Part shown: in pieces, positions 40,256 through 49,580 of the stretch
Layout: each line of letters opens with the position of its first letter
Numbering within the stretch: the first letter of the stretch is position 1
NCBI GenBank assembly: GCA_041937175.2
Contig: CP166615.1
Location: 128,001 to 192,000, forward strand
Direction of reading: 5' to 3'
DNA from: Limnothrix sp. BL-A-16
GTDB taxonomy: Bacteria; Cyanobacteriota; Cyanobacteriia; CACIAM-69d
Length of the DNA: 64,000 nt
Program-made: the position numbers and the translations under genes
Notes under the pieces: generated by a model
Seen by the model: only the letters and a program-made list of their open reading frames with translations
What the model was told of the DNA's origin: nothing
The model's database searches: none

Positions 40256-41371
40256 CTAGCCGCTGGTTAGCTGAGTCCAGTAGCGATCGTAAAGGGAGGT
40301 GGCCGCGCCCACGGGGGCAATGCCTTCGCAGCGATCGAGCACCGATTGCGACGGGAACAGGCTGGGATTTTGCACTAAATCCGGCGGCAACTGTTCGATC
40401 GCCCGGCGGCTGGCGGTGGCAAACTTCAGGCGCTGGGTCATGCCTGCGGCCACCTCCGGCTGCAACGTGAAATTCATCCAAGCATAGGCCGCTTCCACAT
40501 TGGGCGCACTGATCGGGATCGCCATCGTGTCCGTCCAGAGGGAGGAACCGCTAGCGGGAATCACATAGCCCAACTGGTCGTTTTCCTCGATCGCCTCGAT
40601 CGCATCGGAGGAAAACCCCATGGCGATCGTTAAATCCCCCGCCAAAATCCGGTCTTTCCAACCATCCGTGGTGAATTGGGCGATCGCCGGTCGCAGTTCC
40701 CGCAACGCCTCGTAGGCCTGGCGAATTTGATCGGGATCCTGGGAGTTGTAGGAATGGCCCAACCGGCGCAAAGCCAAGCCCATGGTTTCCCGCTGATCAT
40801 TAAACAGCGTCACCTGGCGCTGGAGGCGGGCCCGATTGGCCCACAGAAATTCCCAATCCGTTGGCGGGCGATCGACCCGTTGCCGGTTGTAAATCAAGCC
40901 CGTTGTGCCCCAAGCGGCCGGGACGCTGTGGCCATTGTTGGGGTCATAGCTGGGATTTTGGTAGGTTTCCAGCAAATCCTGCAACCCAAGCAGGCGATCG
41001 TGATCCAACTCCCGCAACAGATTACGCTCTCGCATCTGCCGCACCATGTAATCGGAGGGGTAGATGATGCTGTACTGACTGCCGCCGCCCGCTTGCAGCT
41101 TGGCCAACATCACCTCATTGGAATCAAAAATATCCACCACCACCGAGAGGCCCGTTTCCTTTTGGAACCGAGCGATCAGTAGCTCATCGGTGTAGCCAGC
41201 CCAGGTGTAGATATAAAGCTTGGAAGGATCCCCGACTGCGCCCGGCGATGGCCGCACCTGGGCCAAGCGCCAGCCACAGCCCGTCATGGCCAGGCCAGCG
41301 GCCGCCACCGAAGTGCGGCGCAAGAAGTCACGACGGGAAAGGGCACGACGAGAAGGGGCAACGGAAGCCAT
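40256..41371 (-). CDS. potD: Spermidine/putrescine-binding lipoprotein with Tat-like signal
   Basis: SRRDFL plus lipobox MTGC; YTWAGY, FDSNE, WGTTG, LWTDTMAIP. Confidence 0.9.
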   Translation of the reverse strand: MASVAPSRRALSRRDFLRRTSVAAAGLAMTGCGWRLAQVRPSPGAVGDPSKLYIYTWAGYTDELLIARFQKETGLSVVVDIFDSNEVMLAKLQAGGGSQYSIIYPSDYMVRQMRERNLLRELDHDRLLGLQDLLETYQNPSYDPNNGHSVPAAWGTTGLIYNRQRVDRPPTDWEFLWANRARLQRQVTLFNDQRETMGLALRRLGHSYNSQDPDQIRQAYEALRELRPAIAQFTTDGWKDRILAGDLTIAMGFSSDAIEAIEENDQLGYVIPASGSSLWTDTMAIPISAPNVEAAYAWMNFTLQPEVAAGMTQRLKFATASRRAIEQLPPDLVQNPSLFPSQSVLDRCEGIAPVGAATSLYDRYWTQLTSG

Positions 41372-41476
41372 GAATAATCAAAGCAAGGTTGGGTAGAGCG
41401 CTGGCTAGGCCATGCTTTGGGAATCAGTACTTTGAGAGTGAGTACCTTGGGAATGGTTGATTAGCCCCCCTTTGCC

Positions 41477-42640
41477 CTAGGCTGCCGGCATGGCCAGGGC
41501 ATCGGCCGTTGACCAATAGGCGTAAATGGGGGTTTTGAGGGCGGGCAATTCGCCGCCCGTATTCACCTGCATGACCGTTAACCGATCGCCCGATCGCAGT
41601 TCTACCACGTAATGCACATGGGTTCCCAGGTACATCACGTTCTGCAACCAGCCCTCAAAGCAGTTCACCGCTAGATCGGGCGGGTAAAGACTAACTTGAA
41701 TTTTCTCGGGGCGCACGCTCACGGCCGCCGCCTCGCCCGCGCTGCCCGCCCAATCGCCGCTGGGGGCCGCCACCAGCTTCATGCCGCTGTCGGTCACAAT
41801 CGCGCTGCCGGTGCGATCGAACTCCGCCACTCGGCCTCGAAACAGATTCGTATCCCCAATGAAGTCCGCCACAAACGGCGTGCGCGGCGACTCATAAATC
41901 TCGCTGGGGCTGCCCACCTGTTCCACCCGCCCTTCATTCATCACCGCGATTCGATCGGACAGGCTGAGGGCTTCCTCTTGGTCATGGGTCACCATCACAA
42001 AGGTCAACCCCAATTCCCGATGCAGCGTGGATAATTCCATCTGCATTTCCTTGCGCAGTTTCAAGTCCAGCGCGCCCAAGGGTTCATCCAACAGCAACAC
42101 CGCCGGTCGGTTCACCAGGGCCCGCGCCAGGGCCACCCGCTGTTGTTGACCGCCCGATAGCTGGTTGGGATAGCGCCGGGCGAATTTCTCCATCTTCACC
42201 AGGGCCAAGGCCTCGTTTACCCGCTCCTCGGTTTCCGCCTTGCCACAGCGCTTGATCCGCAAACCAAAGGCCACATTGTCCCAAATGGTCATGTGTCCAA
42301 AGAGCGCATAGCTTTGAAACACGGTGTTGACGGGGCGCTGGTAAGGAGGCACATTCAGCATCGATTGCCCCCTAACCAGCACCTCGCCGGCCGAAGGTTG
42401 CTCAAAGCCAGCCACGAGGCGCAGGGTGGTGGTTTTGCCGCAACCGGAGGGACCCAAAATACTGAAAAACTCACCCCGCCCGATGTGGAGATCCACGCCG
42501 CGCACAGCGGTTTCGCCGTTATAGACTTTGAAGACTTTTCGTAACTCGACATCCAGTTGGGTATCGGTTTCGATCGCCTGGCTGGCTCGGATTGCGGTTT
42601 GGGACATGGCCGGTGATGCTGCCGGGGATTGAAAGACCAT
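41477..42640 (-). CDS. potA: Spermidine/putrescine ABC ATPase
   Basis: GPSGCGKTT, VNTVFQSYALF, LSGGQQQR, DEPLGALDLKLRKEMQ. Confidence 0.92.
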   Translation of the reverse strand: MVFQSPAASPAMSQTAIRASQAIETDTQLDVELRKVFKVYNGETAVRGVDLHIGRGEFFSILGPSGCGKTTTLRLVAGFEQPSAGEVLVRGQSMLNVPPYQRPVNTVFQSYALFGHMTIWDNVAFGLRIKRCGKAETEERVNEALALVKMEKFARRYPNQLSGGQQQRVALARALVNRPAVLLLDEPLGALDLKLRKEMQMELSTLHRELGLTFVMVTHDQEEALSLSDRIAVMNEGRVEQVGSPSEIYESPRTPFVADFIGDTNLFRGRVAEFDRTGSAIVTDSGMKLVAAPSGDWAGSAGEAAAVSVRPEKIQVSLYPPDLAVNCFEGWLQNVMYLGTHVHYVVELRSGDRLTVMQVNTGGELPALKTPIYAYWSTADALAMPAA

Positions 42641-42924
42641 CGAGGCAATTGTTCCAGGGCAGTTGTTCTAGGGCAGTTGTTCAAACCTGGCGGTTCATGG
42701 GTGATCGAACCTCAGCTTTGAGCTTCGTCACTGAACAACGGGAACTGAACAACGGAAACTGGACAACGGGAATTGAACAAATCTTGCCCTATTCTATGCC
42801 GACTATTTCGGGTTTTGCGACGAACTCCATCGGCGGCGGTCTGCGAGAGCAGTCTGTGGCAAGCTGATTAAATCGCCATTGATTAGCCCTTTTCGCTTCG
42901 CCCGCGCTGGGCTGTTATCGTTCC

Positions 42925-44769
42925 ATGGTCACATCGCCCCCTCCCAACTCGCCCAAATTGGATCAGCAGCCGGAACGGACGATCGGGCGGCGCTACCAGC
43001 CGTTGGGCTGTTTGATCGTGGCCGTGGTGTTGTTGGGGGGAATTGGCAGCCGGTTGGCCTATCTGCAACTGATTGAAGGACAGCGCTACCGACAATTGGC
43101 GGCGGCCAGCCGAATTCGGCTGATGCCAACTCTGCCAACCCGGGCCGCCCTGCTAGATCGATCGGGGCGGGTGTTGGTGGATAATCGCCCCTCGATTTCG
43201 GCCATGGCCTGGCCCGTGGCCCAATCGCCGCAAGAGTGGCGGGCCATTTTGCCGGAGTTGGCCCGCGTGTTGGGGCGGCCGGAGTCGGAATTGCTGGCAC
43301 GACTGGAGCAGGCCGGTTGGCGATCGCCCGTATTGGTGCGCCTGGCCCGGGGTTTGCCCCCTTCGCAAATGACCACGGTGGCGGAATTGGCCACCCAAGT
43401 GCGCGGCCTGGCGATCCAGCCCGAGGCGGAGCGCGACTATCCCCACGGACAGCTCGCCCAGACCATTTTGGGCAAGGTGGGGGAGGTGAACGCGGCGGAG
43501 GTCGATCGACTGGAACCGCTGCAAGATTACCGATCGGGCGATCTAATTGGGCGATCGGGCTTGGAAGCGGCCTTGGAGGCCCAACTGCGGGGCCAGTCCG
43601 GGGGCGAGCAAGTGGAACTCGATCGCAACGGCCTGCCCGCGCGCGTGTTGGCCCGCAAACCCACAGAACCGCCCACACCGGTTCGCCTGACCTTAGATTT
43701 ACCGCTGCAACAAACCCTGGAAGGGCTGATTAACGGAGTCAGCGGGGCCGCAGTTGCCCTGGATCCCGACAATGGCGCGGTCTTGGCCATGGCCGGCCAA
43801 TGGCCCAACCCGGGGCAAGGGGGCAACCGGGCCCTGAAAGCCATTCGCCCGGGCGCGTTGTTTAAATGGATTACCGCTGTGGCGGCGTTGGAGTCGGGGC
43901 AAATGGCCCTTCATCAACGGTGGCGGATCGATCGCCGCAGTCGTCCCGGTGGGTTGCCCTGGGCGGAATTTACCAAGGTCACCTGGCCGAGCATTGTCAC
44001 CCTCAATTTTCGAGAAGCCTTGGGCAAGTTGGATACCCAAGACAGTGATGCATTTTTTGAGCAGGTGGCACTCCGGCTGGACAGCACCAACACGATCGCC
44101 TGGGCCCGCCGGTTTGGGTTTGGCCAGCGATCGGGCATTGAACTGGCCGAGGATGAGGATCCGGGCCCCAGCTTGGAAGCCCTTTGGAAACGGGAATCGG
44201 TGCAAGCCCGCTGGTATTTGGGCGAAGGGGTGAATCTGGCCCTGGGGCGGGGCGAAATGGCCGCTTCGCCCCTGCAAATTGCCGTGATGGCCGCCGTGGC
44301 GGTGAATGGTGGTTATCGGGTGCAACCCCATTTGGTCAAGGATCGATCGGCCCAGGTCAGCCGAGAATTTTTGGGATTGCAGCCCAGCACCTTGGAATTA
44401 TTGCGATCGGCCCTGCAACCGCGCACCAGCAGCCTCCCCGCCCCCGAGGTGAGCCAGACCCCCAACCGCCCACCCCAACCCAACGTCCCGATCGGCTGGT
44501 TGGCCACCCACAGCCTGGTGCAGCAGAGCAACCAACCGATCGGCGCTTGGGCTGTGGCAGCGGGCCCCGCCAACGATCCCAAAATTGTTGTGGTTACCTT
44601 TGTGGAGCAGCCGAGCGATCGCCCCTTGGCCCCCGTCGATCCCGCCGTAGCTCCATCTAACGGTGCGGTGAGCCAAGAACCCAGCGCCCCCGCCGCCCAA
44701 GCCGCCGAACAAATTGCCGGGGCAACGGTGGTCAACTATGTGCAATCGCTCGATCGCTGGCTCCCCTAG
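42925..44769 (+). CDS. Class B penicillin-binding protein (PBP2/MrdA-like) with degenerate transpeptidase motifs
   Basis: TM + RLAYLQL, R..LLDRSG, RDYPHG, GRSGLE, LTLDL..Q, ARRFGFGQRSGIEL, SPLQIA; PGALFK in place of PGSxFK. Confidence 0.82.
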   Translation: MVTSPPPNSPKLDQQPERTIGRRYQPLGCLIVAVVLLGGIGSRLAYLQLIEGQRYRQLAAASRIRLMPTLPTRAALLDRSGRVLVDNRPSISAMAWPVAQSPQEWRAILPELARVLGRPESELLARLEQAGWRSPVLVRLARGLPPSQMTTVAELATQVRGLAIQPEAERDYPHGQLAQTILGKVGEVNAAEVDRLEPLQDYRSGDLIGRSGLEAALEAQLRGQSGGEQVELDRNGLPARVLARKPTEPPTPVRLTLDLPLQQTLEGLINGVSGAAVALDPDNGAVLAMAGQWPNPGQGGNRALKAIRPGALFKWITAVAALESGQMALHQRWRIDRRSRPGGLPWAEFTKVTWPSIVTLNFREALGKLDTQDSDAFFEQVALRLDSTNTIAWARRFGFGQRSGIELAEDEDPGPSLEALWKRESVQARWYLGEGVNLALGRGEMAASPLQIAVMAAVAVNGGYRVQPHLVKDRSAQVSREFLGLQPSTLELLRSALQPRTSSLPAPEVSQTPNRPPQPNVPIGWLATHSLVQQSNQPIGAWAVAAGPANDPKIVVVTFVEQPSDRPLAPVDPAVAPSNGAVSQEPSAPAAQAAEQIAGATVVNYVQSLDRWLP

Positions 44770-45152
44770 GGCGGACAGCTAATACTCATCAGATCTTCAC
44801 GGATCCAAGCCCGGCGATTAGGCGGCACGATCTCGCCCTGACCCGATCGGGACTTGGTGACCATGTGCCACTGATTGCCCTGGCCATCGGTGTGGGTCAG
44901 GGGATTGGGTTCCCACCGCTCATTCGCGTCGTTGAGCAAAATCACCGTACTGCTGGGGTTGACCCGATCCACGATCGAGAATTGAGTACCCGGGCCCGAT
45001 CGCAAATTCACCGCTGAATTACCGCGAATCGTGCCAAAACAATTGGTTCCAAGGGATTGCCCTGAACTAGGCGGGGCGATCGCAAGACTCAAAATTGTGG
45101 CAATGCCCATTGCGGTCGGCACAAAGGGAAGTGATTGAACAAGAAATTTCAT
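44766..45152 (-). CDS. Secreted SH3b-domain protein
   Basis: Signal peptide; VNLRSGPGTQF...WHMV...AWIREDL. Confidence 0.75.
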   Translation of the reverse strand: MKFLVQSLPFVPTAMGIATILSLAIAPPSSGQSLGTNCFGTIRGNSAVNLRSGPGTQFSIVDRVNPSSTVILLNDANERWEPNPLTHTDGQGNQWHMVTKSRSGQGEIVPPNRRAWIREDLMSISCPP

Positions 45153-45207
45153 GATCTGATCTTGGGTTAAATCTTTAATGTTTGAAGTTTCTAAAGGACT
45201 AATCTAA

Positions 45208-45338
45208 GAGGATGTCTGAAAAGTGTCTTTTGGTACGGGCAATGTACCAATAGTCGTGGGGGCAAGGGGCTTGAGCATCTTGTCTTCGTCGATCGATGAG
45301 GCGTGCAGAGTATCGATTTTGGCTTTTCAGACATCCTC
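45208..45338 (+). mobile_element. MITE, end-type A, complete (131 bp)
   Basis: Perfect 16-bp TIR GAGGATGTCTGAAAAG / CTTTTCAGACATCCTC, TAA duplication (45205-07, 45339-41), degenerate hairpin at 45263-45282. Confidence 0.9.
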
Positions 45339-45668
45339 TAAGGAGTCAGGCTCTGAGGAACCAGCAAAAGGCACAACGGAATTGAGCCAATTTTGGAATC
45401 CTGCATTCACCCCATTGGGAACCCATTCGGCAATGCAGTTAGTATACGTAATATGAGACTGAATCACGGATTCAATTCGCGATCGATAGCCCGCTTGGGT
45501 TTTTAAAATCAGAACAATTTCTGGCTCTTCATGCACTTCACCTTCCCAGACATAGGCACAGGTAATTGGGAACCAGTTGGCACAGACTGCTAATTTCTGG
45601 GCAAAGAGGTCTCGACTAATTTGGCGAGCTTCTTCATTTGTATTGAGCGTAATATAGTAGAAAACCAT
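45327..45668 (-). CDS. cutA: Divalent-cation tolerance protein CutA
   Basis: EEARQI..L..KLAVCAN, YVWEGEV..E.E..LILKT. Confidence 0.85.
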   Translation of the reverse strand: MVFYYITLNTNEEARQISRDLFAQKLAVCANWFPITCAYVWEGEVHEEPEIVLILKTQAGYRSRIESVIQSHITYTNCIAEWVPNGVNAGFQNWLNSVVPFAGSSEPDSLEDV

Positions 45669-45785
45669 TTTGAGAAAATATTTGAACAATCTTGCCAACT
45701 TGAAGAAATTGAACAGTGCTTCCCAGTGTTGAGCTAAAAATCAGCAATCCTAGAGACAACAAAATCAAGAATCGGCAATCTTCGG

Positions 45786-45880
45786 GACAAGGGGCTTAAG
45801 CCCCTTGTCTTCGGTGATCTCGGCAGTTGGCAGAATATCACAGTTGACAAAATATCAATGGGTGCTTTTCAGGCATCCCC
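45786..45880 (+). mobile_element. Partial MITE (hairpin plus type A right end)
   Basis: GACAAGGGGCTTAAGCCCCTTGTC at 45786-45809; CTTTTCAGGCATCCCC at 45865-45880. Confidence 0.65.
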
Positions 45881-45963
45881 TGAAATTGAATTTGCAACTG
45901 GATTTGCGATCTGGAATTTACAATCTGAAATCTGAAATCTGGAATTTGAGGTCAATTCTGCAA

Positions 45964-46419
45964 TTAATGGTGGCTGGTCGGAAAAAAGTATCGCGTTTCT
46001 CCCTGCTGCCCAATTTGATATTCTGCCCCAAATTCAATCGACATGCGATCGAGATAGGCGCGGGCCCGATCGGCCTCCAAGCCCGATCGCATGGCAAATT
46101 CAAATAGGGTGACCTGGCCTTGGCCTTCAGCTAACAATTCCATCAGGCATTGGCGTAGCTGTTCCTGTTGTTGGCGCTCTTGATTTTCCTGTTGTAATTG
46201 ATGTTGTTTTTTAAGATCCCAAAGCAGCCATCCACCACCCGCCACAAAGGGCGCACCAAAGACGATACAGCCCAAAATGGCGCTTTGGTTTTCGCGTTCC
46301 CGATCGGCAACGGTTTGCCCCGGTTCCAAGGGTGACAACGGAACCAAAAGGGCGACCAGCCAAAAGAAGCCGCCCAGGGTGAGAAAGCTGCCCGCCAGAA
46401 TTTTCTTAATGATTTTCAT
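45964..46419 (-). CDS. Hypothetical membrane protein (2 TM plus winged-helix-like C-terminus)
   Basis: Start overlaps the argD stop; two TM segments, then GQVTLFEFAMRSGL...ARAYLD. Confidence 0.7.
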   Translation of the reverse strand: MKIIKKILAGSFLTLGGFFWLVALLVPLSPLEPGQTVADRERENQSAILGCIVFGAPFVAGGGWLLWDLKKQHQLQQENQERQQQEQLRQCLMELLAEGQGQVTLFEFAMRSGLEADRARAYLDRMSIEFGAEYQIGQQGETRYFFPTSHH

Positions 46420-47683
46420 GGGGATTGTTACAAGACGCGATCGCTTGGGTGATGGCGGCGATCGCTTCGTCAATTTCGGCGGCAGTGACGATCAAGGGCG
46501 GCACAAATCGCACCACCTGCGGCCCGGCCGGCACTAGTAACAGACCCGCAGCCATGGCGGCCTTGACCAGATCGATCGAGCTGAGGCCCGCGTCTTCCTT
46601 CAGTACCAGGCCGTTGATCAGGCCCCAACCGCGCACTTCCGCAATCAAGTTGGGATATTGAACTGCGAGGGCGCTCAGACTCGCCCGCAGTTGCTCGCCC
46701 CGATCGCGCACATTATCCAAAAAGCCCGGCGCGCCCACCGTTTGGCAAACGGCCATCGCCACCCCACAGGCGAATGGATTGCCGCCGTAGGTGCTGGCGT
46801 GGTCGCCCGGCTCAAACACGTTGCACTTGGCCTTGCACAGCAGGGCCCCGATCGGGATGCCGCCGCCCAAGCCCTTAGCGGAGGTGAAAACATCCGGCTC
46901 AATGCCCAGGTTTTCGTAGCCCCAAAGTTGCCCCGTGCGGCCAACGCCCACTTGCACTTCATCGAGAATTAGCAAAATGCCCCGATCGTCGCAAATTTCC
47001 CGAACCCGTTGGAAATAAGCCCGATCGCCCGGGCGCACGCCCCCTTCACCCTGGAGCGCTTCCAGCATGATGGCAGCGACGCGGGGTCCGTTGGTTTCCA
47101 TGCGGGCGATCGTCGCTTCCAGGGCCGCAATGTCGTTGTAGGGAATATATTCAAACCCCGGAACCAGGGGGCTGAAGTTCTTTTGATATTTGGGCTGACC
47201 GGTGGCGGTGATGGTGGCCAGGGTGCGCCCGTGGAAGCTGGCGTGGGCCGTGAGGATCACCGGCTCATCAATGCCCAAAACCGTGTGGGCATATTTGCGG
47301 GCCAGTTTGATTGCGCCCTCGTTGGCTTCGGCTCCGGAGTTACAGAAAAAAGCCCGATCGGCGCAAGAATGTTCCACCAACCAGGCCGCCAACGCCCCTT
47401 GCTCCGGGATGTAGTAAAGATTGGAAACGTGATGCAGTTTTTGAATCTGCTGGCTCACGGCGTTGGTCATCACCGGGTGGGCATGGCCCAGGGTGCAGGT
47501 GGCAATGCCCGCCACAAAGTCCAGATAGCTGCGGCCCTCGGTGTCCCAAACACGGCTACCTTCGCCGCGCTCAAGGGCGATCGCAAAGCGGCCGTAGGTT
47601 TTCATGACGGCTGCGTCAAAGGCCTCGGTGGAGAAGGCAACTGGGGCGATCGAGGTGGGATCAGCGAGGGCTTGGGGACTCAC
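46406..47683 (-). CDS. argD: Acetylornithine aminotransferase
   Basis: YLDFVAGIA, FFCNSGAEANEGAIKLAR, FHGRT, DEVQVGVGRTG, SAKGLGGG, HASTYGGNP. Confidence 0.95.
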   Translation of the reverse strand: MSPQALADPTSIAPVAFSTEAFDAAVMKTYGRFAIALERGEGSRVWDTEGRSYLDFVAGIATCTLGHAHPVMTNAVSQQIQKLHHVSNLYYIPEQGALAAWLVEHSCADRAFFCNSGAEANEGAIKLARKYAHTVLGIDEPVILTAHASFHGRTLATITATGQPKYQKNFSPLVPGFEYIPYNDIAALEATIARMETNGPRVAAIMLEALQGEGGVRPGDRAYFQRVREICDDRGILLILDEVQVGVGRTGQLWGYENLGIEPDVFTSAKGLGGGIPIGALLCKAKCNVFEPGDHASTYGGNPFACGVAMAVCQTVGAPGFLDNVRDRGEQLRASLSALAVQYPNLIAEVRGWGLINGLVLKEDAGLSSIDLVKAAMAAGLLLVPAGPQVVRFVPPLIVTAAEIDEAIAAITQAIASCNNPHENH

Positions 47684-47988
47684 GGTGGTTGCTCCTAAAC
47701 AATGGCTTTAACGGCAAATCCGATGAAGGGAATGGTAGGGATCGCCGTTAAAGGTTGGGTTGATTGTAGAGGAGGAAACCAAGGGCTTGCTAGATCTGAT
47801 TGGGAGCCTGAGAGCCGATCGGTCTGGAAATCTTGACTTACGCCCGGCAGCGGTTGACTAGGCGCGATCGACCCGCGATCGGCGAGTTCCCACCCGGGCG
47901 GATAATGGAACTCCGTTGGTTGCCTTGGCCTCAGCCCGGTGGCCGCCAATGTTGCACCTTGCCGATGTTTGCCTTGCCGATGTTTGCT

Positions 47989-48987
47989 ATGAGTTCCGCG
48001 AGTTCTGCCCCTGAGCCTAGTCCCGTTGCGTCTGACCCTGTGGAGTCTGATCCCGTGGAGACTGACCCTGATGAATCAATGAACGGGAGCCGATCGGGGG
48101 CAGAGGCGCTCCCCGCTGAGTCGATCGACTGGGGCCACCTGTCCGTGCTCCGAGACGAATGTATCGCGGGTCTGCAACCCCGATCGGGCGGCTGCTATCT
48201 GGATGCCACGCTGGGCGCTGGGGGCCATACGGCGGCCCTGCTGGCGGCCGATCCAGCGGTGCGGGTGGTGGGCCTTGATTGTGATGATCGCGCCTTAGCG
48301 ATCGCGCGGGAACGGTTGGCCCCTTGGGGCGATCGGGTTACCTTCGTGCGCAGCAATTTTGCACAGTTCAACCCTGGTCATCAGCAATTTGACGGCATTT
48401 TGGCAGACTTGGGCGTTAGCTCCATGCAGTTTGACCAGCCCGATCGGGGTTTCAGCTTTCGCCACGACGGCCCCTTGGACATGCGCATGGACGATCGGCT
48501 CGCGGAATCCGCCGCCGACGTGGTGAACCATTGGCAAGAAGTGCCCCTGGCCAATGCGATCTATACCTATGGTGAAGAGCGGCTATCACGGCGGATTGCT
48601 CGGGCGATCGTGGAACAGCGGCAAACGCAGCCTTTCCAAACCACCCTCGAGCTGGCCAACGCGATCGCCCGCTGCGTGCCTGGCAAATATCGCCATGGAC
48701 GAATTCATCCCGCCACCCGCACCTTTCAGGCCCTGCGGATTGTGGTGAACCAAGAGTTGGCGGTTTTGGAAACCCTGCTCGATCGGGCTTCCCATTGGCT
48801 CGCTCCCCAGGGCCGCCTTGCCGTCATCAGCTTCCACAGCCTTGAGGATCGAATTGTGAAGCACCGGCTGCGAGAATCACCCCAACTCAAAGTGATCACC
48901 AAAAAGCCCATTTGCCCCAGCGATGCTGAAATTGGCCAAAATGCTCGATCTCGATCCGCAAAATTGCGAATCGCGGAAAGAATCTAG
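47989..48987 (+). CDS. rsmH: 16S rRNA m4C1402 methyltransferase (start uncertain)
   Basis: DATLGAGGH, DLGVSSMQ, GPLDMRM, HPATRTFQALRI, SFHSLEDRIVK, RSRSAKLR. Confidence 0.95.
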   Translation: MSSASSAPEPSPVASDPVESDPVETDPDESMNGSRSGAEALPAESIDWGHLSVLRDECIAGLQPRSGGCYLDATLGAGGHTAALLAADPAVRVVGLDCDDRALAIARERLAPWGDRVTFVRSNFAQFNPGHQQFDGILADLGVSSMQFDQPDRGFSFRHDGPLDMRMDDRLAESAADVVNHWQEVPLANAIYTYGEERLSRRIARAIVEQRQTQPFQTTLELANAIARCVPGKYRHGRIHPATRTFQALRIVVNQELAVLETLLDRASHWLAPQGRLAVISFHSLEDRIVKHRLRESPQLKVITKKPICPSDAEIGQNARSRSAKLRIAERI

Positions 48988-49580
48988 CCTAATCAATGCC
49001 AATGGATTTCTTTTGGACTTTTTCTGTATTTTTCTTTGGAGGCTGCTGGAATTTCTCGGCAACCAAAGGATTGTTGAACAGGATTATTCAAAACTCAGTG
49101 ATTCCTCCAGCCAAATGATTCCTCCAGCCCAAATTGGGTAAAAACTAGCCAGTCACTCAGCCAGTTGCTTAGCCAGCGCATCTGGTCATTGGCTGGTCAA
49201 CGGCTAGGGCATTGGCTGAATCAGTCGGTTTGTGTCTAGGATTTCACGCCCAGTGTTTCAGCACATCAGGTAGGCTAGGGTAGAACGTGGGAATTCCCCC
49301 CTTGTCCCGAGTGAGCCTTGGCCCACTTGTATCGATCGCTACACCAGTCCCGAGGATCAATTCTCTTCCCAGCTTGGAAGGGGCCCATTCCTCACTCAGG
49401 GATGGCGCGATCAACCGGATCATGGTCGCCAGAATCGAAAGGGCTAATTAATAAAAACTAGCTCCCTTTGTTGATCGGGTAACCTTGTTTGCAAAAACCT
49501 AACCCGATGCCCATCCCCATCCCTGGGGTCACCCCCACGACCCTCGCCAACCCTGTCCAGCAGTGCAAGTGGAGCACGCG

